Source: Promethearchaeota archaeon
GTDB taxonomy: Archaea; Asgardarchaeota; Lokiarchaeia; Sigyniarchaeales; SOKP01
Assembly (NCBI GenBank): GCA_019058295.1
Contig: JAHPZI010000010.1
Span: 37,478-101,477, forward strand
Direction of reading: 5' to 3'
DNA length: 64,000 nt
The notes beneath the pieces were generated by a model that searched no databases, was not told the origin of the DNA, and saw only the letters and a program-made list of their open reading frames with translations. This document shows positions 39,674 through 50,148 of this stretch, in pieces; the stretch's first letter is position 1, and each line of letters starts with the position of its first letter. Made by a program: the position numbers and the translations under genes.

Positions 39674-41230
39674 ATGGAAAAAATTATTATTATTGATTTT
39701 GGTGGGCAATACTGCCATTTAATTTCAAGGAGAATAAGAGAGTTAGGCGTATTCACTGAAATTATTCCGTTTGATGCTGACCTTAACAAACTAATAGAAT
39801 TAAAGCCAAAGGCTATTATTCTCTCAGGTGGCCCTAATAGTATATATGATGACGGAAGTCCAAAATTAAAGAATACCGTTTTAAAATACATGTTAGAAAA
39901 TAACATTCCCATGTTGGGTATATGTTATGGACATCACTTAATAATCCATCAACTTGGAGGTATAATTGAACCCCACGATTATAAGGAATATGGGAAAACT
40001 TATCTGGAGGTTATTGAGAATAGAACACTATTGAGTTCATTAAATCGAGAGGAGATTGTGTGGATGTCTCATGGAGATCAAGTAAGAGAGCTTCCAGAAG
40101 GATTTAAAACTCTTGCCAAGACCAAAAATTGTCCAATAGCAGCATACGGAAATGAAAACAGAAAGCTTTATGGTGTTCAATTCCATCCTGAAGTTGGTCA
40201 TACACCAAAGGGAAAAATAATTCTTGAAAACTTCATAAATATTGCCGGGTGTAGCAGAGATTGGAAATTAGAGAATTGGATTGAAAAGGCTCTTGAAAAA
40301 ATAAAAAAACAGGTAGGTTCAGAAAATAAAGTTATTCTAGGATTAAGCGGAGGAGTAGATTCCTCTGTAACCGCTATGTTAATTCATAAAGCAATTGGCA
40401 ATAGACTCCATAGTATTTTTGTAAATAACGGTCTACTTCGTAAAAATGAAGAGATTGAAGTTCAAGAAACTTTCCGGGATCAATTAGGATTCGCAAATTT
40501 TCATTATGCGGATGCTGAAGAGTTATTTTTAGAGAGATTAAAAAATGTTGAAAATCCTGAAGAAAAACGAAAAATAATCGGACATACATTTATCAAAGTT
40601 TTCGAAAATAAAACTGTAGAATTGGAGCGAGAATATCCTAACATTAAATATCTTGCTCAAGGAACTATTTATCCGGATAGAGTAGAAACTGCTACTACAA
40701 GCAAATCAGCAGCAAAAATAAAATCTCATCATAATTTAACTTTACCAGAAGATATGAAGCTTGAAATAATCGAACCACTTAAAGATTTATATAAAGATGA
40801 AGTTAGACGAATTGGGATTAAATTGGGACTTCCAAAAGACCTGATTTATCGACATCCATTTCCAGGACCTGGACTTGCTGTTAGAATAGTAGGAGTTATT
40901 GATAAGGAAAGATTGGATATATTAAGAGAAGCAGATACTATATTAATTGAAGAAATAAAGAAGGCAGGAATATATGAAAGTTTATGGCAAGCATTTTGTG
41001 TGTTTTTACCATTGAAAACAGTTGGAATTATGGGGGATTTTCGCACTTATGAGTATATTTGTTCAATTAGAATCGTCGAGTCTCTTGATGCAATGACAGC
41101 AAATTTTGCCAAATTAGATTGGGACTTATTAGAAAAAATAGGGACTCGAATTGTTAACGAGGTAAAAGGGATTAACCGAGTCGTTTATGATATCTCGAAC
41201 AAACCACCAAGTACAATAGAATATGAGTGA
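39674..41230 (+). CDS. guaA: GMP synthase (glutamine-hydrolysing), single-chain
   Basis: DFGGQY, GICYG, QFHPEV, SGGVDS, IKSHHN, HPFPGPGL, KPPSTIEYE. Confidence 0.97.
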   Translation: MEKIIIIDFGGQYCHLISRRIRELGVFTEIIPFDADLNKLIELKPKAIILSGGPNSIYDDGSPKLKNTVLKYMLENNIPMLGICYGHHLIIHQLGGIIEPHDYKEYGKTYLEVIENRTLLSSLNREEIVWMSHGDQVRELPEGFKTLAKTKNCPIAAYGNENRKLYGVQFHPEVGHTPKGKIILENFINIAGCSRDWKLENWIEKALEKIKKQVGSENKVILGLSGGVDSSVTAMLIHKAIGNRLHSIFVNNGLLRKNEEIEVQETFRDQLGFANFHYADAEELFLERLKNVENPEEKRKIIGHTFIKVFENKTVELEREYPNIKYLAQGTIYPDRVETATTSKSAAKIKSHHNLTLPEDMKLEIIEPLKDLYKDEVRRIGIKLGLPKDLIYRHPFPGPGLAVRIVGVIDKERLDILREADTILIEEIKKAGIYESLWQAFCVFLPLKTVGIMGDFRTYEYICSIRIVESLDAMTANFAKLDWDLLEKIGTRIVNEVKGINRVVYDISNKPPSTIEYE

Positions 41231-41255
41231 AAAAAAAAAAAAAAATAAGATAATT

Positions 41256-42902
41256 TTAATAATTTCCAGAGTAAATTTCTTTTTTAACTAGTTCTAAATC
41301 AAGTTCTTCTTGTGATTTTATCCCTAATTCCCAATGATTACATACATCAAAAGCTCTTTGGGAAATGCAGGCAATATCCTCTCTAGAAATCAGATCTAAT
41401 TCGAATTTTCTAATGCCCGCGAGTAATTGCTTCAGTCCAGTGCCTAATTTGCTTGCAAAATATGTATAAACTCCAACTGGAGAAGCAGGAATTTCTTTAT
41501 CAGGTAGCTTTCTTTTTAAGGAATCATACTCTACAAATGCTTCACTCATCGTCAATGTATCTGGTTCTTTATCAGAAGGAAATCCTAAAGAAGTAAGCAT
41601 TCCTCTATTTGCTGCTTTTTTTTCAATTATTTCACCCATATATTTTCCTTTCATAGCGGCGGTTATCGGTGCTCTAGCCATGGCAATACAAGTCGTATAT
41701 GGAGCTCCCATTGCAAGTGCCTTAAACATCTGAGTTTCATTTGCAAAACCGCCAGCAATAGCAATTGTGGGAATTTTTACATTTGGACTCTTTTTCTTAA
41801 TCATATCTAAGCAGCCAATTACTAATGCTTGTAGATAAACCGTTGGAATTGAACCTTCATTCATCATACTAACAGGGCTCATTCCTGTACCGCCACCAGC
41901 TCCGTCAAAGGTCATTCCGTCAACTTTGCCCTCAATACCTAATCGTGTTATCCAAGCTGTCGCAGCTGGTCTATATGCACCAGTTTTAATGAAAATGTTC
42001 TTAGCTCCGCTTGACCTTATTTGATCAATTTCCTCTAAAACTTCCTCTGTAGTAGACAATCCAACTCTACTATGTCTCTCAAAATCAGGGATCATTCCCG
42101 CTTTCCATTGTTCTATCACAAATGGATCAGAAGGATCGGGAATAACTAAGTAACCTCTTCTTTGTAATAATTGTGCATGCTCTAAGGTATGTAACCTTAC
42201 TTCTCCACCAATAGCTTTTGCTCCTTGTCCAAATTTTATTTCAAGTGAAGTTACATCTAATTTTGAGGTGACATAATCAAAAACACCCAATCTTGTATCT
42301 TCAACATTCTTTTGAACAATAATATCTCCATTTTGTCCATCCCAATATTCTCTGAAGGTATCAACACGGAATTTCATATCTTCTGTATCGATTACCTTTG
42401 GATATACACCAGATTCATCGAATTTTGCATTAGGATCCATCCCTACAACATTTTCTCCAACTGTAATGCTAACACCTGCAAGAGCAGCTCCTCCAGCTAA
42501 TCCAATCCAATTTCTTTTAGCAACATATGTACTACCTAAACCAGCAATTACAATGGGTAATTTTTGATCTATATTCCCCCATTTAGTACTAATATCCACA
42601 TTAGGAAAAATTACTAAATCCTCTTCTTCCTTAATTCCTTGGGCCCCTCTCACTTCAAATTGGATCTGAAAATCACTATATGATAAGCCGAAATCCTTAG
42701 GTGTGCCTGCAGTTGAGTTTCCAAAATATTCGCGTGAAGGATATAAGACCTCTCTGCCCCTAAGAGCGCTTTTACTAACTTCACAAAAGACAGGGCAATC
42801 AGCTACACAAATAGGACATAATCCAGATTCACACGAATCCTCTACTCTTGTTCGCGTACCAATCATACTCGAACGATGAGTTACCATTGAAAATTTTGTC
42901 AT
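41256..42902 (-). CDS. FMN-binding glutamate synthase family protein (stand-alone GltB FMN domain)
   Basis: EIKFGQGAKAIGG, DGAGGGTG, AGG, KALAMGA; N-terminal Cys cluster CESGLCPICVADCPVFC. Confidence 0.85.
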   Translation of the reverse strand: MTKFSMVTHRSSMIGTRTRVEDSCESGLCPICVADCPVFCEVSKSALRGREVLYPSREYFGNSTAGTPKDFGLSYSDFQIQFEVRGAQGIKEEEDLVIFPNVDISTKWGNIDQKLPIVIAGLGSTYVAKRNWIGLAGGAALAGVSITVGENVVGMDPNAKFDESGVYPKVIDTEDMKFRVDTFREYWDGQNGDIIVQKNVEDTRLGVFDYVTSKLDVTSLEIKFGQGAKAIGGEVRLHTLEHAQLLQRRGYLVIPDPSDPFVIEQWKAGMIPDFERHSRVGLSTTEEVLEEIDQIRSSGAKNIFIKTGAYRPAATAWITRLGIEGKVDGMTFDGAGGGTGMSPVSMMNEGSIPTVYLQALVIGCLDMIKKKSPNVKIPTIAIAGGFANETQMFKALAMGAPYTTCIAMARAPITAAMKGKYMGEIIEKKAANRGMLTSLGFPSDKEPDTLTMSEAFVEYDSLKRKLPDKEIPASPVGVYTYFASKLGTGLKQLLAGIRKFELDLISREDIACISQRAFDVCNHWELGIKSQEELDLELVKKEIYSGNY

Positions 42903-43227
42903 TTTTCTTATACTTTTTTTTAATTTTATATTAATTATGTAAATATAAATAAGTTATATATTTTCGGTTAAGATTATATATTCAGTATATTTAATATAAC
43001 TCTTACATAAAATGCTTGATTTCTCGTTTAACACCGGGATTCAATACTAGAAATATTAAAAGCATTCGAAAAATCGCACCTTGGCAAGATAAAAAATTAA
43101 ATTTAACCTAATTTTTTCTTGAATAATTATTCTTTTTATAAATAATCTTTAAAATTTATATATTATAAAGGAAATTTTTAAAAATTTGAATATCTATTCA
43201 AATGATAAGCTTCAAAGGTGAATTATC

Positions 43228-43896
43228 ATGTCTGAAAAAAGTATAGGTATACCCCTATTAGGAGATAAATTTCCTGAAATGAATGTCCAAACGACTCAGG
43301 GGATGATGAAATTACCAAATGATGCAAATGAGGGAGGTAAATGGTGGTTTATATTATTTAGCCATCCTGCAGATTTTACACCCGTTTGTACTACTGAATT
43401 CCATGCGTTTGCTGTGAGAAATGAAAAATTTCAAGAACTCAATACGCGATTAATAGGGCTCTCTATCGATCAAGTATTTGCCCATATAAAATGGGAGGAA
43501 TGGATTAAAGATAATCTAAAAGTTGAGATTCCATTCCCAATTATTGCTGATGATGGAACAGTTGGAAAAAAGCTAGGAATGATCCATCCAGGAAAAGGCT
43601 CAAATACAGTTAGAGCGGTTTTTGTTGTAGATCCCGAAGGAAAAATTCGACTTATTCTATATTATCCCCAAGAAATTGGTCGTAATATGGACGAAATTCT
43701 TAGGGCAGTTAAGGCACTTCAAACAGCAGATGCAAATAAAGTTGCAACTCCAGCAAATTGGCCGAATAATGAATTATTTGGAGATCATGTGATAATCCCG
43801 CCAGCAAAAGATGTTAAAACAGTAAAAGAACGTCTTTCAAATGCAGGAAAGGATTATGAATGCTTAGACTGGTGGCTCTGTCATAAAAAATTATAA
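43228..43896 (+). CDS. Peroxiredoxin (Prx6/archaeal type)
   Basis: [22 protein letters not shown]-terminal CLDWWLC. Confidence 0.93.
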   Translation: MSEKSIGIPLLGDKFPEMNVQTTQGMMKLPNDANEGGKWWFILFSHPADFTPVCTTEFHAFAVRNEKFQELNTRLIGLSIDQVFAHIKWEEWIKDNLKVEIPFPIIADDGTVGKKLGMIHPGKGSNTVRAVFVVDPEGKIRLILYYPQEIGRNMDEILRAVKALQTADANKVATPANWPNNELFGDHVIIPPAKDVKTVKERLSNAGKDYECLDWWLCHKKL

Positions 43897-44132
43897 ATTT
43901 TAATTTACTCTTTTTTATTTTTTTAAAAATTTAGAAGTAGCTATAAAAATCTTTGAAATTTATTATTAAAAATCTGAATTTCTATAGATTCACCTGAAAG
44001 TTTTTCAGATTTGATTCCCATTTTTTGAAATTTCTTTAATTTATTGAATTCTCCTTATCATTTTGTTTTATAGGATATTAAGATTAATGAAAAAACTTAT
44101 ATTTGGTAAAAATATATATAATAATAATATAT

Positions 44133-44160
44133 AATATAACTTTGTGATAAAAATATAACT
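44133..44160 (+). promoter_or_regulatory. AATATAACT direct repeat upstream of the hdrBC-gltB operon
   Basis: AATATAACT at 44133 and 44152; the whole 28-bp element is near-identical to 50289-50317. Confidence 0.6.
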
Positions 44161-44178
44161 TACCCAAAGTGATGTAAA

Positions 44179-45528
44179 ATAACAATTCAGCAAGATATTG
44201 TTTTATTTCCAGGATGTATGATATCTTACCGGTTGCCTTTTATTGAAGTGTCAATTAGAAAGGCTTTGGAGTTTTTTGGAATTCAATTTAGTGAAAATTC
44301 GCGATTTTCATGTTGTCCTGAGCCTAATGGTATAAAAAATACGGATGAATTAATTTATTCAATTACAGCGGCGAGGAATTTAGCACTTGCTGAAGGCGAA
44401 AAAAGGAATATCTTAACACCGTGTAATGGTTGTTTTGAAACTTTAAAGGGGATAAGATCAGAAATAAGATCTGATCTTCATTTTCGAGATAGAATGAATT
44501 CTCAGCTTGAAAAAATAGATTTAAAAGCTACAGGAGAATATGATGTTTTCCATTTAGTTGAATTCTTTCATAAATTAGGAAAAGATCTAATTAAAGATAA
44601 CATTAAATATCCTTTAACGGGATTACGTGTCGCTGTTCATTATGGTTGTCATTTTCTTAGACCTAGTAATAAAATACAGATGGATGATCCTATGGAGCCA
44701 CATATTTTCGATGAATTAATTGAAGATTTGGGAGCTAAAAGTGTAGAATATGACAGAAAGATGGATTGCTGTGGGGGAAGTCTGGCAAGAGCAGATAATC
44801 CAGATTCGGGGATGGAAATGACGCATACTAAATTAGAAATTATGAAAGAAAGGAGAATTGATTGTATAGTTGTCGGGTGTCCGCAATGTTTTACTCAATT
44901 TGACCATGTACAGCAAGATCTCAAGAAATTAGATTATGAATATGACATTCCTGTGTTATATTATTCAGAACTTTTGTGTATAGCACTTGGGATCGACATC
45001 AGGGATACTATTAGAAGATTTCATAGGATATCTGTTGATAAAGTCTTTGAAAAAGTGGATTTAATTCACCAAAAGAATGAAGAAATTAAAAAATACTTTG
45101 ATATTGAGTTCTTGAAGAAATGTTATTCATGTGGGGCATGTAATAATGACTGTCCTGTCGCTAAGATTACATCATTCGATCCTAATAATATAATTAAAAA
45201 AATCCTTGATGGTGATTTGGATAAAGTTATAAAAGATCCCTCTATTTGGATGTGTCTTGATTGTTATGTTTGTTATGAACTATGCCCTATGAGGGTTGGA
45301 TTAGTTGATATTTTTACAACTTTAAGAAATTTAGCAAGAGAAAGAGGATATATAACAAAAGGATTTGAGGGCCAACTTGATTCCTTTAAAAAAATGGGAA
45401 CAGTTGCGATGTTTTCCCGTTCAGCAAGGAAGAGGGTTGGTTTGTCGTCAAGTAAACCTCAGATTGATGATCTGAAACAAATCATAAAAGAACTTAAAAT
45501 TGAAAAAAAATTGGAGGAGAAAAGTTAA
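44179..45528 (+). CDS. HdrB-HdrC fusion (two CCG domains + [4Fe-4S] dicluster)
   Basis: FPGC, SCCP, PCNGC, HYGCH, DCCGG, GCPQC, then CYSCGACNNDCP and CLDCYVCYELCP. The FPGC motif lies upstream of the first ATG (44218), implying an ATA start at 44179. Confidence 0.88.
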   Translation: MTIQQDIVLFPGCMISYRLPFIEVSIRKALEFFGIQFSENSRFSCCPEPNGIKNTDELIYSITAARNLALAEGEKRNILTPCNGCFETLKGIRSEIRSDLHFRDRMNSQLEKIDLKATGEYDVFHLVEFFHKLGKDLIKDNIKYPLTGLRVAVHYGCHFLRPSNKIQMDDPMEPHIFDELIEDLGAKSVEYDRKMDCCGGSLARADNPDSGMEMTHTKLEIMKERRIDCIVVGCPQCFTQFDHVQQDLKKLDYEYDIPVLYYSELLCIALGIDIRDTIRRFHRISVDKVFEKVDLIHQKNEEIKKYFDIEFLKKCYSCGACNNDCPVAKITSFDPNNIIKKILDGDLDKVIKDPSIWMCLDCYVCYELCPMRVGLVDIFTTLRNLARERGYITKGFEGQLDSFKKMGTVAMFSRSARKRVGLSSSKPQIDDLKQIIKELKIEKKLEEKS

Positions 45529-45530
45529 GA

Positions 45531-46724
45531 ATGAGATGGGAGAATTATACAAGTCCCTCTGAAAAATTTAGAAATGAAAGAGTCTTTGATGGATGTGGGA
45601 TAACTGGATTTATAAATATTGATGGGACTCTCACAAAAGGAGATAAAATCATAGAAATGTTGGAAATTTTGCATGATCGAGAGAATGGACTAGGTGCGGG
45701 GTTTGCAGCATACGGAATATATCCGCAATATAAAGATTTCTATGCGCTCCATTTTCTGTTCGATAATGATCAAATAAGATTAAATACAGAAGATTTTCTC
45801 AGTTCAAAAGGAGTTGTGGTTTTTTCTGAGCCGATTCCAACAAAACAGCCAAGCAATGTTGATAAACCTCCTATTGTTTGGAGAATGTTTTACGAGCCAA
45901 AAGAAATGAAAAGTTTATCTCAGGATGAACAAATGGTTCAACTTGTAATGGAAGTAAATGAAAAAATTGAAGGTGCTTTTATAATGTCCTCAGGTAAGAA
46001 TATGGGTGTTTTTAAGGGTAATGGGTGGTCACATGAAATTGCAGAATATTACAAAATTAAAGATTATGAAGCATACATGTGGCTAGGTCATAGTCGCTTT
46101 CCAACAAATACTCCTGGTTGGTGGGGAGGAGCTCATCCTTTTAATCTACTAGGGACGTCTGTTGTTCATAACGGTGAGATTACATCTTATGGAACCAATA
46201 TGCGATACTTAGAATCATTTGGGTATAAATGTACATTATTTACCGATACAGAAGTTATCGCCTATTTATTTGATTTATTAGTTAGAAGGCATAAGCTTCC
46301 GATTCCTATTGTTAGCTTAGCATTGGCACCTCCACTTTTTAGTGAGATTGAAAGTATGGATAAAAAATATCAGCTTGCGCTTAAAAATATCAGAGCTACC
46401 TATCGATCTGCTATGCTAAACGGGCCATTTTCCATTGTTGTAGGTCAAAATGGACATATACCTACTCTGATCGGCTTGACAGATAGGAAGAAATTGAGAC
46501 CTTTAATTGCCGCAATATCAGAAGATGAAAATACAATATACTTAAGTAGTGAAGAGGCTTCCTTTAAAAGATTAATGTTAGATTCTAGCAAATCTTTTAA
46601 ATTCAAAGAAATTTGGCATCCACGCAGTGGTACAGCCGTTGTAGCGAGGTTAGGAGAGGGACTTATTAGAAATGGGCTTGAGTTACCATTTGAAAATTTA
46701 CAATTATCAGTTATGGGGGTTTAA
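45531..46724 (+). CDS. Glutamate synthase amidotransferase subunit (archaeal GltB1, class II GATase)
   Basis: Propeptide then CGITG; HSRFPTNT, AHPF, HNGEI, TDTEV, DRKKLRP. Confidence 0.9.
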   Translation: MRWENYTSPSEKFRNERVFDGCGITGFINIDGTLTKGDKIIEMLEILHDRENGLGAGFAAYGIYPQYKDFYALHFLFDNDQIRLNTEDFLSSKGVVVFSEPIPTKQPSNVDKPPIVWRMFYEPKEMKSLSQDEQMVQLVMEVNEKIEGAFIMSSGKNMGVFKGNGWSHEIAEYYKIKDYEAYMWLGHSRFPTNTPGWWGGAHPFNLLGTSVVHNGEITSYGTNMRYLESFGYKCTLFTDTEVIAYLFDLLVRRHKLPIPIVSLALAPPLFSEIESMDKKYQLALKNIRATYRSAMLNGPFSIVVGQNGHIPTLIGLTDRKKLRPLIAAISEDENTIYLSSEEASFKRLMLDSSKSFKFKEIWHPRSGTAVVARLGEGLIRNGLELPFENLQLSVMGV

Positions 46725-46730
46725 AGCTAA

Positions 46731-48251
46731 ATGTCATTAAGCCATATTTTTCCGACATATTTTAAAATAGAGATTGATCGAGACTTATGTAAGAAATGCA
46801 AGCGATGTACGAATCATTGTTCCTATGGAGCATTGAGTTTTAATGGAGAGAGAATAGTTGCTGAAGATGATAAATGTGTGGCCTGTCAGAGATGTGTTAC
46901 TATGTGTCCGGGAAAAGCAATAAGAGTTGTTAGAAATGAATCGTATCTACCTCCTCACGGAAATTATACAAGAAGAATAAGAAATATCATTTGGGCTCAG
47001 TCTGGGAATGGAGGTGTATTATTAAGTGCTACTGGAAACGATAGACCCATTAGATCTATATTTGATGATTTGCTCCTTGACGCATGCCAGGTAACCAATC
47101 CAGCAATCGACCCATTAAGGGAAACAATCGAAACTAAAGTTTTCTTTGGTCGCAGACCGAATAAACTTGATTTTTCGATGGATGAAGGGGATCCTTCTAA
47201 AGTATCCTTGAAAACGGAGTTTTATCCTCACTTCGAGATTGATATGCCTATTATGGTAGGTCATATGAGCTTGGGCTCTATTAGCTACAATGCATGTATG
47301 GCAATATATCAAGCATCGAAAGAGTTAAATATATTAGCAGGTTCAGGAGAGGGAGGTTTGCATCCAGATTTCTATGAATATGGTCCTAATATCATCTCAG
47401 AAGTTGCTTCAGGTAGGTTTGGAGTCGATATTAATTACTTGCATAATGTTGCGGGTTTGGAAATTAAGATTGGGCAAGGCGCTAAGCCAGGACATGGCGG
47501 ACATCTCCCTGGCGAGAAAGTCAATACCCTGATCTCTCAAACCAGAATGATTCCAAAAGGTTCTGATGCTTTGAGCCCATATCCTCATCATGATATATAT
47601 TCCATAGAGGACCTTGCCCAGCTCATAGCTGCATTAAAGGAAGCTACGCGATACAAGGTGCCTGTTGGTGTAAAAATCGCAGCTGTTCATAATTCAGCAC
47701 CAATAGCAGTTGGAATAGTAAGAGGAGGAGCAGATTTCCTCACACTAGATGGTTTCCGAGGTGGTACTGGAGCGGCACCAAGAATTATAAGGGATCACGC
47801 AGGGATTCCAATTGAACTTGCGATCGCTTCTGTTGATCAGCGTTTAAGAGACGAAGGACTTAGGGATGAAATCACCTTAGTAGCAGGGGGTTCCATCAGA
47901 TATTCTGCAGATTTAATAAAAGCAATTGCATTAGGAGCTGATGTAGGAATGTGTTGTTTGCCAGTTCTAATTGCTATGGGATGTAGGATGTGTCAACAAT
48001 GCTTTAGGGGATTATGTTCTTGGGGTATAGCTACTCAAAATGAGTATTTGGTAAAGAGACTCGACATAGACGTTGCACGAAATCGTATCATCAATTTATT
48101 CCATAGTTGGAACGAGGAGCTCAAAGAAGTTTTAGGCGCGATGGGAATTGATTCAGTTGAATCCCTTCGTTCAAATCGAGATAGATTAAGATACATTGGT
48201 CCAAATCCAAGAATTGCTGAAATATTAGGAGTAAAACATGCAGGAGAGTGA
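46731..48251 (+). CDS. Glutamate synthase FMN subunit with N-terminal ferredoxin (archaeal GltB2)
   Basis: Two CxxCxxCxxxC; MSLGSIS, GEGG, EIKIGQGAKPGHGGHLPGEKV, HHDIYSIEDL, CRMCQQCFRGLCSWGI. Confidence 0.93.
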   Translation: MSLSHIFPTYFKIEIDRDLCKKCKRCTNHCSYGALSFNGERIVAEDDKCVACQRCVTMCPGKAIRVVRNESYLPPHGNYTRRIRNIIWAQSGNGGVLLSATGNDRPIRSIFDDLLLDACQVTNPAIDPLRETIETKVFFGRRPNKLDFSMDEGDPSKVSLKTEFYPHFEIDMPIMVGHMSLGSISYNACMAIYQASKELNILAGSGEGGLHPDFYEYGPNIISEVASGRFGVDINYLHNVAGLEIKIGQGAKPGHGGHLPGEKVNTLISQTRMIPKGSDALSPYPHHDIYSIEDLAQLIAALKEATRYKVPVGVKIAAVHNSAPIAVGIVRGGADFLTLDGFRGGTGAAPRIIRDHAGIPIELAIASVDQRLRDEGLRDEITLVAGGSIRYSADLIKAIALGADVGMCCLPVLIAMGCRMCQQCFRGLCSWGIATQNEYLVKRLDIDVARNRIINLFHSWNEELKEVLGAMGIDSVESLRSNRDRLRYIGPNPRIAEILGVKHAGE

Positions 48252-49081
48252 AAAATATGATAAAAACAACTATGATTTTGAGTAAAGAGAATAAAAAAAC
48301 AGTTGAGATAGATGTTGCACCTAATGGGAAACCTTTAAAATATCAAGATTTAAACGACAAAATCCATGAAATTATTCAAAATGGATATGAAAGATTGATT
48401 TTGAATAATGTTTGTGGCCAAAGATTTATTGCTGCCTCTCTACAAGGAGACTTTGAGATAATTATAAATGGGATTCCTGGTAATGATTTAGGAGTCTTTA
48501 TGGATGGTCCTAAAATCATTGTTAATGGAAATTGTGAAGATCAAATGGGTAATACCATGAATGATGGTTTTATCATCGTTGATGGGGATGGCGGCGATGT
48601 GATAGGCTTATCTGCAAGGGGAGGCAAAATCTATGTGAAAAAAGATGTTGGCTATAGAGTAGGGATACATATTAAAGAATATGAGCATCAATATCCCATA
48701 ATCATAATTGGAGGAACTGCGGGAGATTTCCTAGGTGAATATATGGCTGGAGGTCTTATAATTACTTTAGGATTAAAATTCTTACCTGATGGGACGATTA
48801 TAGAAAATAGTCATTCAATTTGTGGAGGAGAATTAGGTACTGGAATTCATAGGGGAAAGATTATTCTAAGAACTGAAGAAAATCTTGAGTCAAAATTAGG
48901 AGTAGGGGCAAAACTTTTTAAATTAATGGAAGAAACAAAAAAAGAAATAGAACCTTATATCAAAGAATTCTGTGAAATCTTCAATATCCCTTTTGATCTA
49001 ATTGGCAAAAAACCATTACAAGTGGTAAAACCAATCTCAAAAAGACCATTTGGAGGAAATTACTGCGGACAGTATATATAA
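48248..49081 (+). CDS. Glutamate synthase GXGXG subunit (archaeal GltB3)
   Basis: GQRFI, GNDLG, GNTM..G, GEYMAGG beta-helix repeats; overlaps the GltB2 stop codon. Confidence 0.9.
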   Translation: MKNMIKTTMILSKENKKTVEIDVAPNGKPLKYQDLNDKIHEIIQNGYERLILNNVCGQRFIAASLQGDFEIIINGIPGNDLGVFMDGPKIIVNGNCEDQMGNTMNDGFIIVDGDGGDVIGLSARGGKIYVKKDVGYRVGIHIKEYEHQYPIIIIGGTAGDFLGEYMAGGLIITLGLKFLPDGTIIENSHSICGGELGTGIHRGKIILRTEENLESKLGVGAKLFKLMEETKKEIEPYIKEFCEIFNIPFDLIGKKPLQVVKPISKRPFGGNYCGQYI

Positions 49082-49117
49082 AATTTTTTTTTCTTATTTT
49101 AATATATTGATATGATT

Positions 49118-49582
49118 CTAATCAACATCAACTGAGTTTTTACATTTATTACACCTTTTTGCACCGCGAAATAACGGATTTCCACATTCCGGACAATGAT
49201 ATCTTTTCTCTTCTTCTTCAACAAATTTTTCTGTCCCTTGGTCTCTCCATGTAGGTATAGCCCGCATTATTACTTTTCTTCCAACAGGAATAGGAAAGTT
49301 TTCAATATACTTACATGGCCACTCATCACATTGATGACAGCCATCAATCCCTTTTTCTTTCGTGCAATCTTTAATTGGACACCTTCTACATACAGGGAAA
49401 ACGACACCATCAGATAGACAACCAGTACAAGCAATATCGTCTACAGTCTTGGCAAATGCTTTATAAACCGGAAGTAGCACTTGTTTAAATTTTAAATTAT
49501 TATCTCTATGGGCTATATAAATTGAGCAGACACCACAATACAGCCCACATGGAGATAAAAGCTCTTTTTTAATTTCAACCAT
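49118..49582 (-). CDS. DUF3795 family Cys-rich protein
   Basis: PCGLYCGVC, CTGC, C.IKDC...GCHQCDEWPC, terminal CPECG...CNKC. Confidence 0.8.
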   Translation of the reverse strand: MVEIKKELLSPCGLYCGVCSIYIAHRDNNLKFKQVLLPVYKAFAKTVDDIACTGCLSDGVVFPVCRRCPIKDCTKEKGIDGCHQCDEWPCKYIENFPIPVGRKVIMRAIPTWRDQGTEKFVEEEEKRYHCPECGNPLFRGAKRCNKCKNSVDVD

Positions 49583-49629
49583 ATTAATAAACCTAATTTT
49601 TATTAATATTATAATATTTTAATTTAATT

Positions 49630-50109
49630 TTATTTTTCCATTAATTCAGCTAAATTTGTACCTTCTTTTATCACATTTAAAATTAAATGGGTATTTGTAT
49701 TTTCAACATAAGGTTTAGAGTTAATATTCTTAACCATTTCACTAAGGCCTTTCCTGGTCTTAAATCTCGCTAATATCAATGCATCATATTTACCTGTGAC
49801 ATCATAAACTCCAAAAACATGAGGATCTTTTGCGATATCATTTTCTACTTCGAGCATCTTCCCCTGTGAGATATTTAGCTCAACGAGAGCGATAATGTCA
49901 TATCCTAATTTTTCATAATCGATCTCAATTGTAAAATTTTTCAAGATTTTTCCTTCCATCAATTCCTCTATATGTTTTCCAATAGTCGTGGGTGATTTAT
50001 CCAATTCCTCCCCTAATTTACGATTTGATTTACGGCTATCTTCAGTTAATATCCGTAAAATATCATAATCAATAGATTCTAACTCTTTCAACTTTTCATC
50101 ACTCATCAT
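49630..50109 (-). CDS. Lrp/AsnC family transcriptional regulator
   Basis: DYDILRIL..DSR.S...LG HTH, IDYEKLG, YDVTGKYD; divergent from glnA. Confidence 0.92.
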   Translation of the reverse strand: MMSDEKLKELESIDYDILRILTEDSRKSNRKLGEELDKSPTTIGKHIEELMEGKILKNFTIEIDYEKLGYDIIALVELNISQGKMLEVENDIAKDPHVFGVYDVTGKYDALILARFKTRKGLSEMVKNINSKPYVENTNTHLILNVIKEGTNLAELMEK

Positions 50110-50148
50110 ATTTATTATTGTTATCTAAGTATTTAAATATGATTCAAA

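Noticed and set aside
41231-41245. Long A/T homopolymer runs after genes (also near 1255, 51878, 55026)
   Set aside because: Consistent with ordinary archaeal U-rich terminators; they are intergenic, with no sign of phase variation.
43940-44050. Short minus-strand frame (…FQKMGIKSEKLSGESIEIQIF…)
   Set aside because: Only 26 codons from ATG; resemblance to the RHH C-terminus is too weak.
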